A stretch of 64,000 nt of DNA from Octopus sinensis. Lineage: Eukaryota. Shown here piece by piece: positions 1 to 13,476 of this stretch (the stretch's first letter is position 1; every line of letters starts with the position of its first letter). The stretch is from positions 61,814,001 through 61,878,000 of the forward strand of contig NC_043005.1 in assembly GCF_006345805.1 (NCBI RefSeq), read 5' to 3'. Made by a program: the position numbers and the translations under genes. The notes under the pieces are model-generated. The model made no database searches, was not told the origin of the DNA, and was given only the letters and a program-made list of their open reading frames with translations.

Positions 1-1649
1 TTTATTGATGTTGGAAAGGATGAAATACAAAAGTGGCCTCAGTGGAACTTGAACTCAAAACATAAGGCATTCAACTATTTACTGCAAGACATTTTGTCTT
101 CTGTTTTCCATAGTACAAGAATAAAACTTAATATTAAACTTCAGCCGTTCAGCATCAAAGCTTGGATGGCGATGGCTCTATATTCTTTAATTTGCAAGAA
201 AATGCAGCCAAACACCTTCAAGTCACACATTCTATCATCTTAAAAAAGATACACTAATGATGTAGTCATACACATATATAGACTGATCATAGCTTGAAGC
301 TCTTTGACCAGGAGTCTGTCTGATCAGGGCTAATCAACATTTGTTTCCACACATCTTTGTATTGACACCATTTGGTCTGTGGTGATGTTTCTGTATGTCC
401 TGCATACACAGTGCATTCCTCAATTCAGCTGCTCAATGAGCAAAGTGCAGTGGAATAAAGAACCTTATGTGAAAACAAAAACTGGCATGAGGAAGGTATC
501 ACACTATGAAATATTATCTCAAGAAGTCTTGTTCAACTCATATAGAAAGATGATCAACAAAAATTATACAAATAGAACCTGCCCTGTGTCACAAGGCAAG
601 TCTCAGAAAAAAACTAAAAAGAATAAAGAAGACTTATTTATCACCATGGCTTCATAGGGGAAACAAGTTGTAGCATAGCAGAAAGAACAGAGAAACCACA
701 GAAAGATTATATAAAAAAAGAATACACCATTGTTACTCAACCAACATGGAAATGAAAAACATGATAGCTTGATAAACAACATTAAAGTGAAAATTCTATC
801 AATGCACCTGCTTGACTTTACATAAAGGCAAATTGAGGGAGCAATATATGTATTAGTTAAAGAATGAACTCCACAAAAAGAATGAGTGAAGTAACAACAA
901 CCCAATCTGATATGGTTTCTTTGAAAAAAATGGTCAATAATCAGTGAAATGGATTCATCCTTTATCTGCACATCAAAAGTATAGAATGTATATGTTCACA
1001 TTTTTGTTATTTCCTCTTACAGCTAAGGCTATCAAATGACTGGATTTATTTCAGTTCTATTGATTCCTGATGCATTATACATAAAATATATATTGTTTAT
1101 TAACAGTGGACCATCAGAAGCACAAGATATTCAAAATAAGTACCCATTACTTTAGGCTTAAAAACATGCAAGCGTTTTTTTCCAAGTGAAGAAGATACAT
1201 TGATAAAACAAGTTACTGAATCATACTTCATACATATATATGGCTCAGCATTAGAATGTATACATACACATATATAAATCTGCATATGCATGAGTTTGTA
1301 TATATGCATGTTTAAACACACACACACACATGTATATGTGTGTTTGTGTGTATATGATATAGACATATGCTTAAACATACATACAAATTCATGCAGATAC
1401 AGATCTTTATTTCTATAGGTATACATTCAAATGCAAAGCTGCATATATATATATATATATCATCATCATCATCGTTTAACATCCGTTTTCCATGCTAGCA
1501 TGGGTTGGATAGTTTGACCGGGGTCTGGGTAGCCAGGAGGCTGCACCAGGATCCAGTCTGATCTGGCAGTGTTTCTACAGCTGGATGCCCTTCCTAATGC
1601 CAACCACTCCATGAGTGTAGTGGGTGCTTTTTACATATATATATATATT

Positions 1650-1685
<36 letters not shown>

Positions 1686-1791
1686 CATATAGTTAATCCA
1701 AACATGAACAAGCAAGAAAAAACAACAACGTGAGGATGTGGAATAAGTACAGTGCTATTGGACGCTCAGGAAAGGAAAGAAAAGAAAGAGG

Positions 1792-1826
1792 ATTTAACGT
1801 TTTGAGCAGAGCTCTTTATCAGAAAT
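1792..1826 (-). ncRNA. Decayed minimal hammerhead ribozyme motif
   Basis: ATTT-CTGATAA-A-GAGC tct GCTC-AAAA-CG-TT-AAAT; same architecture as 47484-47521 with G8A and G12A changes. Confidence 0.45.
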
Positions 1827-2705
1827 ATAGAAAAAGTCCAAAGAAGGGAAGACGAAGAAAGAAAATCGCCAACGATACACACGCGGTCACATAATATATA
1901 TATATATACACACACATATATATATATGTGGATATATGCATATGTGAATGTATTTTTCTATGTACCATTACATACACAAACACATATACTTTCTCATATG
2001 CACACACACACACACACCAAAAACACACATAGACCTAAAACGTGTGAGTACTAACCAGTGTGAGAGCATCTACATGGTCCCTTGAAATGCTATAAACAAC
2101 AACCAATCTTACCTCAAATCATACCCTTTATCTTAAAACAAAATACATGGTATAGTATAGTCTGAAAGATGGTATGATCATGAATGAAGTGTCTTTTGTC
2201 TAAAATCTACAGAGCCAGGGCTGACCTAGGTCTAAACAATAAGAACATGTGTATACAAGAGTCTGCATGTTCTTGGATATATACATCATCATCACTGTCA
2301 CTGTAGTTTCAATGTCTACTTGTCCATGCTTGTATGGGATAGGTAGGAGTATTTTGGGACAGAGTTTTCTACAGCCAGATGCATTTCCTGTCACTAACCC
2401 TACCTTGTTACCAATCAATATAATAATCTTCCAATCCACTGAAGAACAACAACCTGAACATTTTTATGCATGGAACTGGTAACAAATGACACTGTATATG
2501 AAGTGAGCCTCTTTTTTTACAAAGATGTTGACATGTGAAAAAGTTCAGGACAAGCATTTGTAATGGACTACATAGAAAATGATGCTGTCAACAAAGACTT
2601 TGTTTACAACCAATTAGCACATTTGAAAATAAGGAAAATACAAACTTACTGACACAAACGCAAATGCACACAGACGTGCATACATATGTGTGTGCGTGTG
2701 CATAC

Positions 2706-2746
<41 letters not shown>

Positions 2747-3010
2747 TGCCAGCTCTGTCTGGCACCAGTGCGGGTGGCACGTAAAAAGCACCCACTACAC
2801 TACGGAGTGGTTGGCGTTAGGAAGGGCATCCATAGAAACACTAGATTATGATGAAGCCTTCTGGCTTCACAGACCCCAGTAGATAACCCATGCTAGCATA
2901 AAAGGACGCTAAATGATGATGATGATGATGATGATATATATATATGTATATATATATATATGTATATATATGTATGTATGCATGTGTGTATGTATGTATA
3001 TATATATATA

Positions 3011-3305
3011 CTAGCAGTATCACCCAGCGTTGCCCGGATTTGTAAGGGAAATAACTATATAAGCATTTTTAGAGTTACTTCCCTTATATAATAGCAAAAT
3101 AATGCATTAAAAATGGGAAAAAATGATGGGAAATTTTTTTTTAAATCGTAGACTCATCGTAGACGTGCACTAATACCCAGAAGGGCTCGATATGAATCAT
3201 GACTAAGATACCCGCTTTTGGTTACACTGCACCGCAAAATGTGGGAGTAGTTAGGAATCTAAATCGTAGGAGACAGACACACAACCTTACTTTTATATAT
3301 AAAGA
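3011..3305 (-). mobile_element. Non-autonomous Helitron
   Basis: Minus strand starts A|TCTTTATATATAAAAG and ends with a GC-rich hairpin (CCGGGCAACGCTGGG) then ATACTGCTAG|T; A^T target, no TSD. Confidence 0.8.
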
Positions 3306-3803
3306 TATATATATATATAGGTGCAGGTATGGTTGTATGGTAAGAAGCTTGCTTCCCAACCGCATAGTTCTTGGTTCAGTCTCACCATGTGGTACCTCAG
3401 GCAAGTGTCTTCTACTATAGCCTTGAGCTTACAAAAGCTTTGTGAATGGATTTCGTAGGCAGAAACTAAAACAAGCCTGTTGTGTGTATATATGTGCATG
3501 TGTATGTGTGTGTGTTTGTTCCTCCCTCACCAATGTTGGCATGTTTACATCCCTGTACTGAGCAATTCAGCAAAAGGAATGGATAGAATAAGTACTAGAC
3601 TTAAGAAATAAGTCCTGGGGTTGATTTGTATGGCTAATACCCTTCAACGCAGTGCTACAGCATAGCTGCAGTCAAATGACTGACACAAGTAAATGAATGA
3701 ATGAATGAATGAATGGATGGATGGGTAGATGGGTCCAATATATGTAGAATCAACAAAAAAAAGCACTCCATCCAGTGAAAAATAAATATCAATTTAATAC
3801 ATA

Positions 3804-4232
3804 GGCGCAGGAGTGGCTGTGTGGTAAGTAGCTTGCTAACCAACCACATGGTTCCGGGTTCAGTCCCACTGCGTGGCATCTTGGGCAAGTGTCTTCTGCT
3901 ATAGCCCTGGGCCGACCAATGCCTTGTGAGTGGATTTGGTAGATGGGAACTGAAAGAAGCCTGTCGTTTATATATGTATATATATATATATATATGTATG
4001 TGTTTGTGTGTCTGTGTTTGTCCCCCTAGCATTGCTTGACAACCGATGCTGGTGTGTTTACGTCCCCGTCACTTAGCGGTTTGGCAAAAGAAACCAATAG
4101 AATAAGTACTGGGCTTACAAAGAATAAGTCCTGGGCTTACAAAGAATAAGTCCTGGAGTCGATTTGCTCGACTAAAGGCGGTGCTCCAGCATGGCCGCAG
4201 TCAAATGACTGAAACAAGTAAAAGAGTAAAAG
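3804..4232 (+). mobile_element. tRNA-derived SINE family A, full-length representative
   Basis: Pol III A/B-box-like head (TGGCTGTGTGG / GGTTCAGTCCC), CORE-like TTGGGCAAGT block, internal (TA)/(TG) microsatellite, tail GACTGAAACAAGTAAAAGAGT. Other near-full copies at 19481-19881 (+), 22715-23095 (-), 46214-46610 (+), 58440-58785 (+), plus many fragments. Confidence 0.85.
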
Positions 4233-4599
4233 AATAAGAGTATACACCGAAAGAACTACTAACAATTTCATGCTTTTATGATACTTCAGATAGACATATC
4301 TATAAAATACACCATATATTTCCAAGCAATCTTTTAGGCTTTGTTTATGCATTGCATATATTCTAAAAGCTAAGATGTTGGACAGTGAGAAAAGGAAAAA
4401 CAAGAAGACAGAGAAGAATAAGGTTGATGCAAAAATGGAATGAGAAGAAAGAAACAAAAATACACATACATATATACATATATATATACATACATATATA
4501 CATGCATATATATATATATATATATACATACATATATACATATATGCATACATACATACATACATACATATATGCATACATATATATTTATATATATAG

Positions 4600-4804
4600 G
4601 AAAAGGACATGACAAAGGAATAACTGATTATCTTATGAATTTCATTACCATTTCCACTATAAGATGTTGTGAACTCATAGTTGAGTAGCTGACCAACACC
4701 TTACAGTTTCGTTCATTTTCATGAGAGCTTCAAATATATATTGAGTCTCCAACCAGGCCTATCACAATACCCTTAAAGCTAGGAACTTTTCAGCACCCCC
4801 TCAT
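4600..4804 (-). mobile_element. Mariner-derived non-autonomous element fragment
   Basis: TA-GAGGGGGTGCTGAAAAGTTCCTAGCTTTAAGG terminus, shared with the copy at 23507. Confidence 0.55.
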
Positions 4805-5008
4805 ACATATATATTCTTTTATTTGTTTCAGTCATTTGACTGTGGCTATGCTGGAGTACCGCTTTTAGTCAAACAAATCGACCCAAGGGCTTATTCTTCG
4901 TGAGCTTAGTACTTATTCTATCGGCCTTTTTTGCCAAACAACTACATTATGGGGACATAAACACATCAACATTGGTTGTCAAGTGATGGTGGAGGGACAA
5001 ACACACAC

Positions 5009-5044
<36 letters not shown>

Positions 5045-6886
5045 GTATATGTATGTATGTGTATATATATATATGTATATATATATATATGTATGTATGT
5101 GTATATATATGTGTACATATATGCATGTATGTATATATATATACATATATATATATACACACAGAATACAAATTTTATATATATATATATGCAACGGGCT
5201 TCTTTCAGTTTCTGTCTACCAAATCTACTGACAAGACTTTGATCAGCCTAAGGATATAGAAGACACTTACCCAAGGTGCCACACAGTAGGACTGAACCCA
5301 GAACATGGTTGGTAAGCAAACTACTTACCATATATATATATATATATACAATGGGTTTCTTTTAGTTTCCATCTACCATATCCACTCACAAGGTTTGGTC
5401 AGACCAAGACTATAGAAGACACTCAACCAAAATGCCACACAGTAGAACTGAACCCAGAACCATGTGGCTGAGAAGTGATTTTCTTAAGTACACATCCATA
5501 TATAGACAAATATATAAATACAAACTTCCACAAATGCACTTGCACATCTATGTATCAAAGACTGAAACATATACACAAATGCACACACACACACACACAC
5601 GTGCATTTGTGTGTGTGCACGCTGATAAGAATATATTCAAAAGTATGGACAAATAAAAGTAAAAATCTACCATTTAAAAGTGAATCATGTTAATATGAGG
5701 TCATGGCAGCTATTAATCTTTATGGAAGGCGGAAACCATACATACTAGATGTTATGCATATGACCATAGTAGAAAAATAAAAAAAGAACCAACAGATTCT
5801 TCAAAGGAACATAACAAAGAATGCAATGTGGTGTTGTATGGCACACAGCATGGTGTGATGTCGTGTCATGCTATGGATGTGGGAAAATGAATAAAAAAAT
5901 ATTAAAAAAAATAAATGCTACAATGTAAGAGAGAGAGAGAATGAGGAAGGGTGTGTGAGAGATACAGATAGATAGAGAGACTGAGAGAGAGAGAGAGAGA
6001 GAGAGAGAGGAAGTGGATGGATTCCATTCTGTATGAAATAATGAAAATAGCAATTATGTATCACAGAGAAGGTTAGGGAATTGGCATATTCATTTGAGTG
6101 CCTGGATACACAACATGATTTTACTCCCAATAGTGAATGGGATTTTCAATTAAAGCTATCTCTCTCTCTCCCCCATCTCTATCTTACCTCTCTCTTGCCC
6201 TCTCCCTCTCACACTGTCTCTCTTCCTCTCACTCTCTACCACACTGCCTCCTCTCTCTCTCTCTCTCTCTCTCTCTCGCTATTTATTTTAATTTACATTT
6301 CATCATCACAGTTTGGAACTCTCCCAGGATATTTAGACAGTTCATGCCTATTTGATGTGACTTTAAAAGACAACAACAAGAATGGTTTGTGGTTTTTGTG
6401 GGGTGGGTTTTTTTTTTTTTTGCCATTACAAGGATAACATACTACAGAAAATAATTTTAGACACAACCTCCACTACCACCACTACCACTACCAAAAATAA
6501 TAAAAATAATAATGATGACAATGGTGGTGATGATGATGATGATGACCAAATTGTTTCCATTTATTGAATATGATCCCCCACTCCACTCCACTATAATCAC
6601 ATATGCACTTCCTGAACCTATGTTTAAGCCAACCTATATTTTAACCTATTTTATAAATATAAGAAAAATGAAAAATAAAATACTATAGAATGAAATAACT
6701 GACAAAAGAAAGACACAAATGATCACTAAAGACAAATATTTCAAACACTAGTTTATGTTATTTTGGGTATATTTTTTTCCCAGTTTTTTTTTTATTTCAA
6801 TTATCTTCATCAACTATACATAATTAATTTGTATTTCTAATGGGATTATAATTAGAAATTGTTGAGCTAATAATAAATGACTAGCC

Positions 6887-6931
<45 letters not shown>

Positions 6932-7186
6932 CCTTTCTACTAAAGGCACAAGGCCTGAAATTTGGAGGAGAGAAGACTAGTCGATTACATCAACCCCAGT
7001 GTTTCACTGGTACTTAACTTATTGATCCCAAAAAGATGAAAGGCAAAATTAACAACAGCAGAATTTGAACTCAGAATGTAGCAACAGGGAAAATACCGTT
7101 TAGCATTTTGTCCAGCGTGTTAAAGATTCTGCCAGCTCACTGCCTTAACAACAACAACAACAATAATAATAATAATAATAATAATA

Positions 7187-7670
7187 AAGTATTATCATAT
7201 ACATGTTTTACCTTGATGTAAAAGATAAGCTGCAGCAAATATTCTTCCCAATACCACAGATTTGCTTGTGTTTGACCTCAACCAGTTGAGCATGTCCCTT
7301 AGTGGCTGACAATATATGCATCTCTGATCATAAGCAGGAGTAGTTGGGGGAGCATCATAGCCATGTGTTGAAAAGAATTCTTTGAGGTTTGAATAATTCA
7401 CTTTTAGAAACACGGGTGTTTCATTTATCCTTAAACAACCCTTATTCAGGGACCTTTTGAGCAGGATGGGCTATTCAGCATGAAGAAAATTCTAACAGAA
7501 CCGCCCCCCCCCCTGCAAGGTTATCTAGATATAACATTACCATGTTGCACACATATGTTTGTGATGCAGGTGCCTAGTATACCCTTATCAGATGGGTAGT
7601 CATGATGGGTATATTGGGCTTTGAATATTTGTATCAAATGTCACTTTGATGGCATACACTATTTTCTCAA
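7187..7670 (+). mobile_element. Older, 5'-truncated copy of the ~560-bp element
   Basis: Starts at the internal AAGTATTATCAT position after (AAT)n and keeps the 3' end ...TTCTCAATAATAAT. Confidence 0.75.
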
Positions 7671-8119
7671 TAATAATATTAATAAGCATGGTTTATGATT
7701 TAAGCAAAGGTCAGTAATTTTCAATATGGGAGTATGTCAATTGCATCAACCCCAGTACTTCACTAGTGATTTATTTTATCAAGCCTGGTTGAATGTAAGT
7801 TGACCTCAGCAGGATTTGAACCCAGAATATAAAGAACTGAAAGAAATGTTGCAAGGCATTTTCCCCAATGCCCTAATGCTTTTGCCAGCTTGCAGCCATG
7901 AAAAATGATGATGATAATAATAATTCTTTCTACAATAGGTAGAAGGCCTAAAATTTGGAGGAAAGGGATAAGTCAGTTACAATAACCCATCTTCAACTGG
8001 TACTTGTTTCACCAACCTCATAAGGATGAAAAGCAAAGTCGATCTCAGCAGAATTTGAAATCAGAACATAAACCTGGAAGAAATGCAGCTAAGAATTTTG
8101 TCCAGTATGCCAAGATTCT

Positions 8120-8348
8120 TATTTCTTTATTGCCCACAAGGGGCTAAACATAGAGGGGACAAACAAGGTCAGACAAAAGGGTTAAGTCGATTACATCGAC
8201 CCCAGTGCGTAACTGGTACTTAATTTATCAACCCCGAAAGGATGAAAAGTAAAGTCGACCCCGGCGGAATTTGAACTCAGAACGTAACAGCAGACGAAAT
8301 ACTGCTAAGCATTTTGCCTGGTGTGCTAATGTTTTTGCCAGCTCGCCG
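8120..8348 (-). mobile_element. SINE family B, young copy with 17-bp TSD
   Basis: TSD CAGTATGCCAAGATTCT at 8103-8119 and 8349-8365. Body has TTTCATCCTTTCGGGGTyGATAAA (Meta-domain-like; my recognition, unverified). Confidence 0.9.
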
Positions 8349-9204
8349 CAGTATGCCAAGATTCTGCCAGCTCAGTGCCTTTAAGAGTAATAATGATAAT
8401 TCTTTCTATAATAGGCACAAGGCCTGAAATTTTGAGGAAGTGAGATAATTATTTCCGCCTAATCATCATCTTCAGGTCATTCAGAGGAAAGTGCCCTTTC
8501 CATGTATTTTGAATAATTTTAGTTTTCATCCAACTATTTTCCTGTCTTTTATTTCGATTCTTTCCCTCTCTGATGGTCTACTACTCCTCTCCAGATTCTA
8601 TTTTCTTCCCATCATGATGATGAGATGGTACAGCTGGTTGAGGCCAAGGAGGATACAACTGCTCTCAACTTCTGGTTTCAGGGTTGAGGTGTGTCTTTCA
8701 AATATCTTTGGAGCTGCAGCCAATGCTGCAACAGGTAGTACTTTTAGAGCAGCAACCTCCAGGATTTGCCATTGTTGATGTTTCTGCTTCTGTCCACTGC
8801 TTAACATTTCCATTTCCTCAGAGCAGAAAGTACTCAAATGGCTCTCACTCCAACATGTACATTAGCTGGCCTTTCTACCTTGCACCATTAATCACGTTGC
8901 ATTATTATTTTTTTCTTTCTTTTTTTGCTCTTTGTTTTCACACTGACAATAAGGTGCAATTTTGAAATTGCCCTGCAATTCAAAAAAACATTTGAAATTG
9001 TCTAAACTGACTCCCTCCTGACCATATAATCATTTTCATCACTTGTGTACTGAAGATCTGTCTCTATAGCACTGCATAAATAACAATAAACCAAGAGTCA
9101 ATGGTTATAATACAGTGTGAGTCTATGGACAGGCATGTATTGCACCTGCATGGTTTGTCACATCATCCATCTGTCTTGAAAATCATGCTGGTATCTCCAT
9201 CACT

Positions 9205-9417
9205 AAAAGGCGGCGAGCTGGCAGAATTGTTAGCATGCTGGGCGAAATGCTTTTCATCTGCCGTTATGTTCTAAGTTCAAATTCCGCCGAGGTCAACTTT
9301 GCCTTTCATCCTTTCGGGGTCGATTAAATAAATACCAGTTACGCACTGGGGTCGATATAATCGAATTAATCCATCTGTCTGTCCTTGTTTGTCTTCTCTG
9401 TGGGTAGTAAAGAAATA
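9205..9417 (+). mobile_element. SINE family B, young copy with 15-bp TSD
   Basis: TSD GGTATCTCCATCACT at 9190-9204 and 9418-9432. Confidence 0.9.
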
Positions 9418-11074
9418 GGTATCTCCATCACTCACAATGATCACATCATCCTCCTCTTCAGACACAAACTGAATGCCCCCTTTGCATTTCCTTTTGCCTA
9501 TTCTTGGGCAAGGAGATATGCTCATTTATAAACTCTTCCACAACAAAGGCAACTCTGTTATTTATCATTTCCATTGCAAGCATAACACTCTGCTAAGTTA
9601 ACTACGTAGTTTTCATATGGTCACTCGGCCTGCCAGAAATAGCAGCCATATCTCACTCCAAAAAATCTTCCAATCTACCTGAAATGAATGCGTGCTAACT
9701 TCAGTAGGTATGTCTGCTATCATAGTGCTGGGTTGACCAAATTATTGTGGATGAAATTTGGTAGAAAGAAACTACACGGTAGCCCAAGAGAAAGACACCC
9801 CATGTTCTTGGAAGCTGGACAGTGTCCATGCTCTGTTTTCAACCCTTTTGACAACAACCTGCCTGAAACTACCACTGGTTTTATTATACAAATTTTATCA
9901 TCATCATCATTTAACGTCCATTGTCCATGCTGGCATGGGTTGGATGGTTTGACCAGGGTTGGAAAGCTGGAAGTCTGAGTTGGAATGGTTTCTATGGCTG
10001 GATGCCCTTCCTAACACCAACCACTCCAAGAATGTATTGGGTGTTTTTACATGCCACCAGTATACAAACTTCTAATTTAAAACTGATCTGGATTAAAACC
10101 ATCAATCAAAACTTTATGTTAATTCATGTTCCAAACACCAGCATAATAACAATGAAGATATTTTACTAAATTCTTCATTTATTTCAAAATGAGCTTATGC
10201 AAAGCCAGTGTATTTCAACAAAAAAGTGGTAACAAAAGTGTTAACATCATCACCAGACCACTGAATGCCTTTAGGAGAATAAACTCTGTTGCAATGGTAA
10301 GAGTTAGGATTGGGATTGGATTAGGGTTAGGTCTGAAGATAACATACTCCCATAATCTGGGAAGGTCTTAAAAGGGTTACTGATGTTGCCAATCCTCTTC
10401 TGAGAAAAGCAATAACATTAAAGACAAAGAAAAAAATTCTATTTTCTCTATCATTTGGGACTATTTTAAACATTTTTCTTTTCTTTTTAGCTTTGTTAAA
10501 TAAAAATTACAAAAATGCTTCATATTTTCATAATTGTTTCTTTTCTTTTTTCCCCCCATTTTTCTTTGGTATTTGACCAACAAATGATCTAATTTTTTTC
10601 TTTTTTATTTCAAACAAAAAACAATAGAAAATGAGCGTAAAACAATAGCTACAATTTAGTTATCTCAAAAAATCCCAAACGCACACACATATATACATAC
10701 ACATACAAACACACACACACACATGTGCACACTGTCATTTTGACAGTCTGTCTCCAACAATCTCTCTCTCTCTCTCTCTCTCTCAATTTTGAATACAAAA
10801 CTTTCTCTTTTTTGTTTTTTAATAGCAAAAATGTACCGAGTCACCCCAAGGATAATTACAAATGTGAAACAGAAAAATAAATACATATACTAACAAACAA
10901 ACAAACAAACGAATAAAAGGAAAGGAAAAGAAGATGTGTGTTAGATGCAATAATAATGATGCATCCGCAGAGAAATGATGATCTAATTGGTAGCTATGGT
11001 AATTTGTTGAAAGTCAAATAAAAGATTTGAAGTTCACCTAATAATAGTGAGAAATAGTTGTGATGAGGAGGAGG

Positions 11075-11099
<25 letters not shown>

Positions 11100-11105
<6 letters not shown>

Positions 11106-12200
11106 GTAGGGTTGTTGTTTCTTGTTTTGGTGGTTGTCATAGTGGTGGTAGTGGTCGAAGGTTTTGTTATAAATGGTGATGGTTGTGACATTAGAGGCAG
11201 TGGAGGTGATGGCAATGGTTGCAGGGGGTGGTTTCTGGTAGTATGAGTAGTTGTGAAAGTGGTTGTGGTTGTGGTTGTAGTTGCAGCAGTGGTGGTAGTA
11301 GTTGTGCAGATAGTGGCTACGGTCTTCATTGTAGTGGTAGTAGTAATTATAGTGGTGGTGGTGGTAGTTGTGGTTGTGGTGGTGATGGTTCTTATGGTAA
11401 TGGTTATAGTGGTGAAGGTTTTGGTGCTAGTGGTTAGGGTTCTAGTAGCATGGGATGTTGTAGTGATTGTGGTTGTGGTGGTGGTAGTGATGGTTGTGGT
11501 AGTGGCTGCAGTGGTGATGGTTTTGGTGTTAATAGGGGTTGTGAAGATAGTAGTGGTTTTGGTGCCAGTAAATGTTGTAGTGTTAGCAGTGGTTGTGATT
11601 ATGGTTCTGGTAGTATGGGTAGTTGTAGTAATTGTCATTGTGATTGTGGTTGTGGTTATGGTAGCAGTTGTAGTGGTGATGGTTTTGGTGTTAGTAATGG
11701 TTGTGATGTTAGTAGTGGTTTTGGTGCCAGTAGTGGTTGTAGTGTTACTAGCAGTTATGATGGTGGTTCTGGTAGTATGGGTAGTTGTTGAGTGTGGTTG
11801 TGGTTATGGTAATAGCAGTAGTGGTAGTTGTGAGGATGGAGATGGTTGTTGTCATTGTAGTGGTAATAGTATTTACAGTTACAGTGGTGGTGGTGGTGGT
11901 TGTGGTTGTGGTTGTATTGGTGATTGTTGTAGTATTAATAGCAGTTGCAATGGTAGTGTTTGGGTTTTTTTATAGTAGTTGTAGTTGTATAGTCGTGGTG
12001 GTAGTATTAATAGCAATTGTGTTGGTGGTGGTCACCTTGATTGTGATAGTGGTATGAGTTGTAGCAATAATAGTAGAGATGATTGTGATGATGGTTGTAG
12101 TAGCAGTGGTTGTAGTATTAGTAGTTCTTGTAGTAGTAATGTATTTGTTGTAGTAGTAGTGGTGGTGGTGGTGGTTGCAGTAGTAGTGGTTGTAGCTAGT
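11100..12200. repeat. Triplet-based (GTN)n compound minisatellite with higher-order units
   Basis: GTGGTGA(T/A)GGTTTTGGTG recurs at 11409, 11511 and 11673 (spacings 102 and 162 bp). Confidence 0.85.
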
Positions 12201-12453
12201 CTTTTATCTTTTTACTTGTTTCATTCATTGGATTGCGTCCAAGCTGGGGCACCGCCCTGAAGCATATTTTGAGTCAAAGAAATTGCTGACACTAGTACCA
12301 CTTATTCTATTGGTCTCTTTTGCTGAACCACTAAGTTACAGAGGCGTAAACAAACCAATGCACATTTTCAAGTGTTGAAGGGAAACAAACACAAATACAC
12401 ACACACAGAAATATATATAACTGAAAAAAGCCCAGTGTATATCTATATAGATA

Positions 12454-13144
12454 TGTGGTCCGATCAATAAGTGTCCGGACTGTTGCTGTAGTAATGAAGC
12501 TGAAGCACACAGAGTGAAGTTGCTTGACGCGGATTGACCTTGAACTCTGCTGTGCATGTGCACTAAGTATTAACATTCTTGCTCGCTTCGGCTATTTACA
12601 GCAGTGCTTGGAAGGAAGGTGTGTAGATTGTGATCGATACATTGACCATGACAGAGAAAGTTGAGCAGAGAATCTGCATCAAATTTTGCCAAAAGCTTGG
12701 TGATACCTGCTCGGAGGCCTACGCAATGTTTTCAAAAAGTTTTCATCATTCTCAACACGATCAAGAAGATCTTGTGCAACTGAAACCCAAGCGTCTTTTT
12801 GGTCAGCTGAAAGCAGTTGTGGCACAAACTTGGCAGACATGCATCTCATACCCAAATCTTTAGGGATAATGGACTGAACTGAACTGAACTGAACTGTAAC
12901 TAATTTGCACATCCTCTGATAACTCATGGATGGCAATTCAATGATATCACTGCACAACTGTGCATACATCTGCAGTGTTTTTCTCACTTCTGCTGGTTGC
13001 AGGTCTCCAAGAATGTTTATCAATATCGACATTTTTTCATCCATCTTGGAAACGTCTGAACCACTCATACACTTGTGTGCAGCTCATACACTCCTCTCTA
13101 TACACTTTCTGCAACCTTGCGTAGGGCTCTGAGCAGGTATCACC
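12454..13144. mobile_element. Rearranged mariner transposon (5' end on +, internal segment inverted)
   Basis: TA-TIR-like start then MTEKVEQRICIKFCQKLGDTCSEAYA on +. Minus strand has GDTCSEPYARLQKVYREECMSCTQVYEWFRRFQDG and DLGMRCMSAKFVPQLL...ENDENFLKT (HTH and WVP-like region). Confidence 0.9.
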
Positions 13145-13267
13145 ATGACAAGTTTCTCTGCACCTTGGGCAAGTGTCTTCTACTATAGCCTCAGGCTGAC
13201 CAAAGCATTGAGAGTGGATTTGGTAGATGGAAACTGGAAGAAGCCCATCATACATACATATATATAC

Positions 13268-13323
<56 letters not shown>

Positions 13324-13359
13324 CACAGTTTAATGACTGAAACAAGTAAAAGAAAAAAG

Positions 13360-13476
<117 letters not shown>

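Noticed and set aside
4137-5259. Numerous Y/I/H/T/V-rich ORFs here and at 13270-13658, 30346-30889 and elsewhere
   Set aside because: Translations of (TA)n, (CA)n and (TATG)n microsatellites, mostly inside SINEs.
8491-8965. Overlapping ORFs in apparently unique DNA
   Set aside because: No EGFR CR1 motif in any minus frame and no convincing family motif; at most a very decayed LINE.
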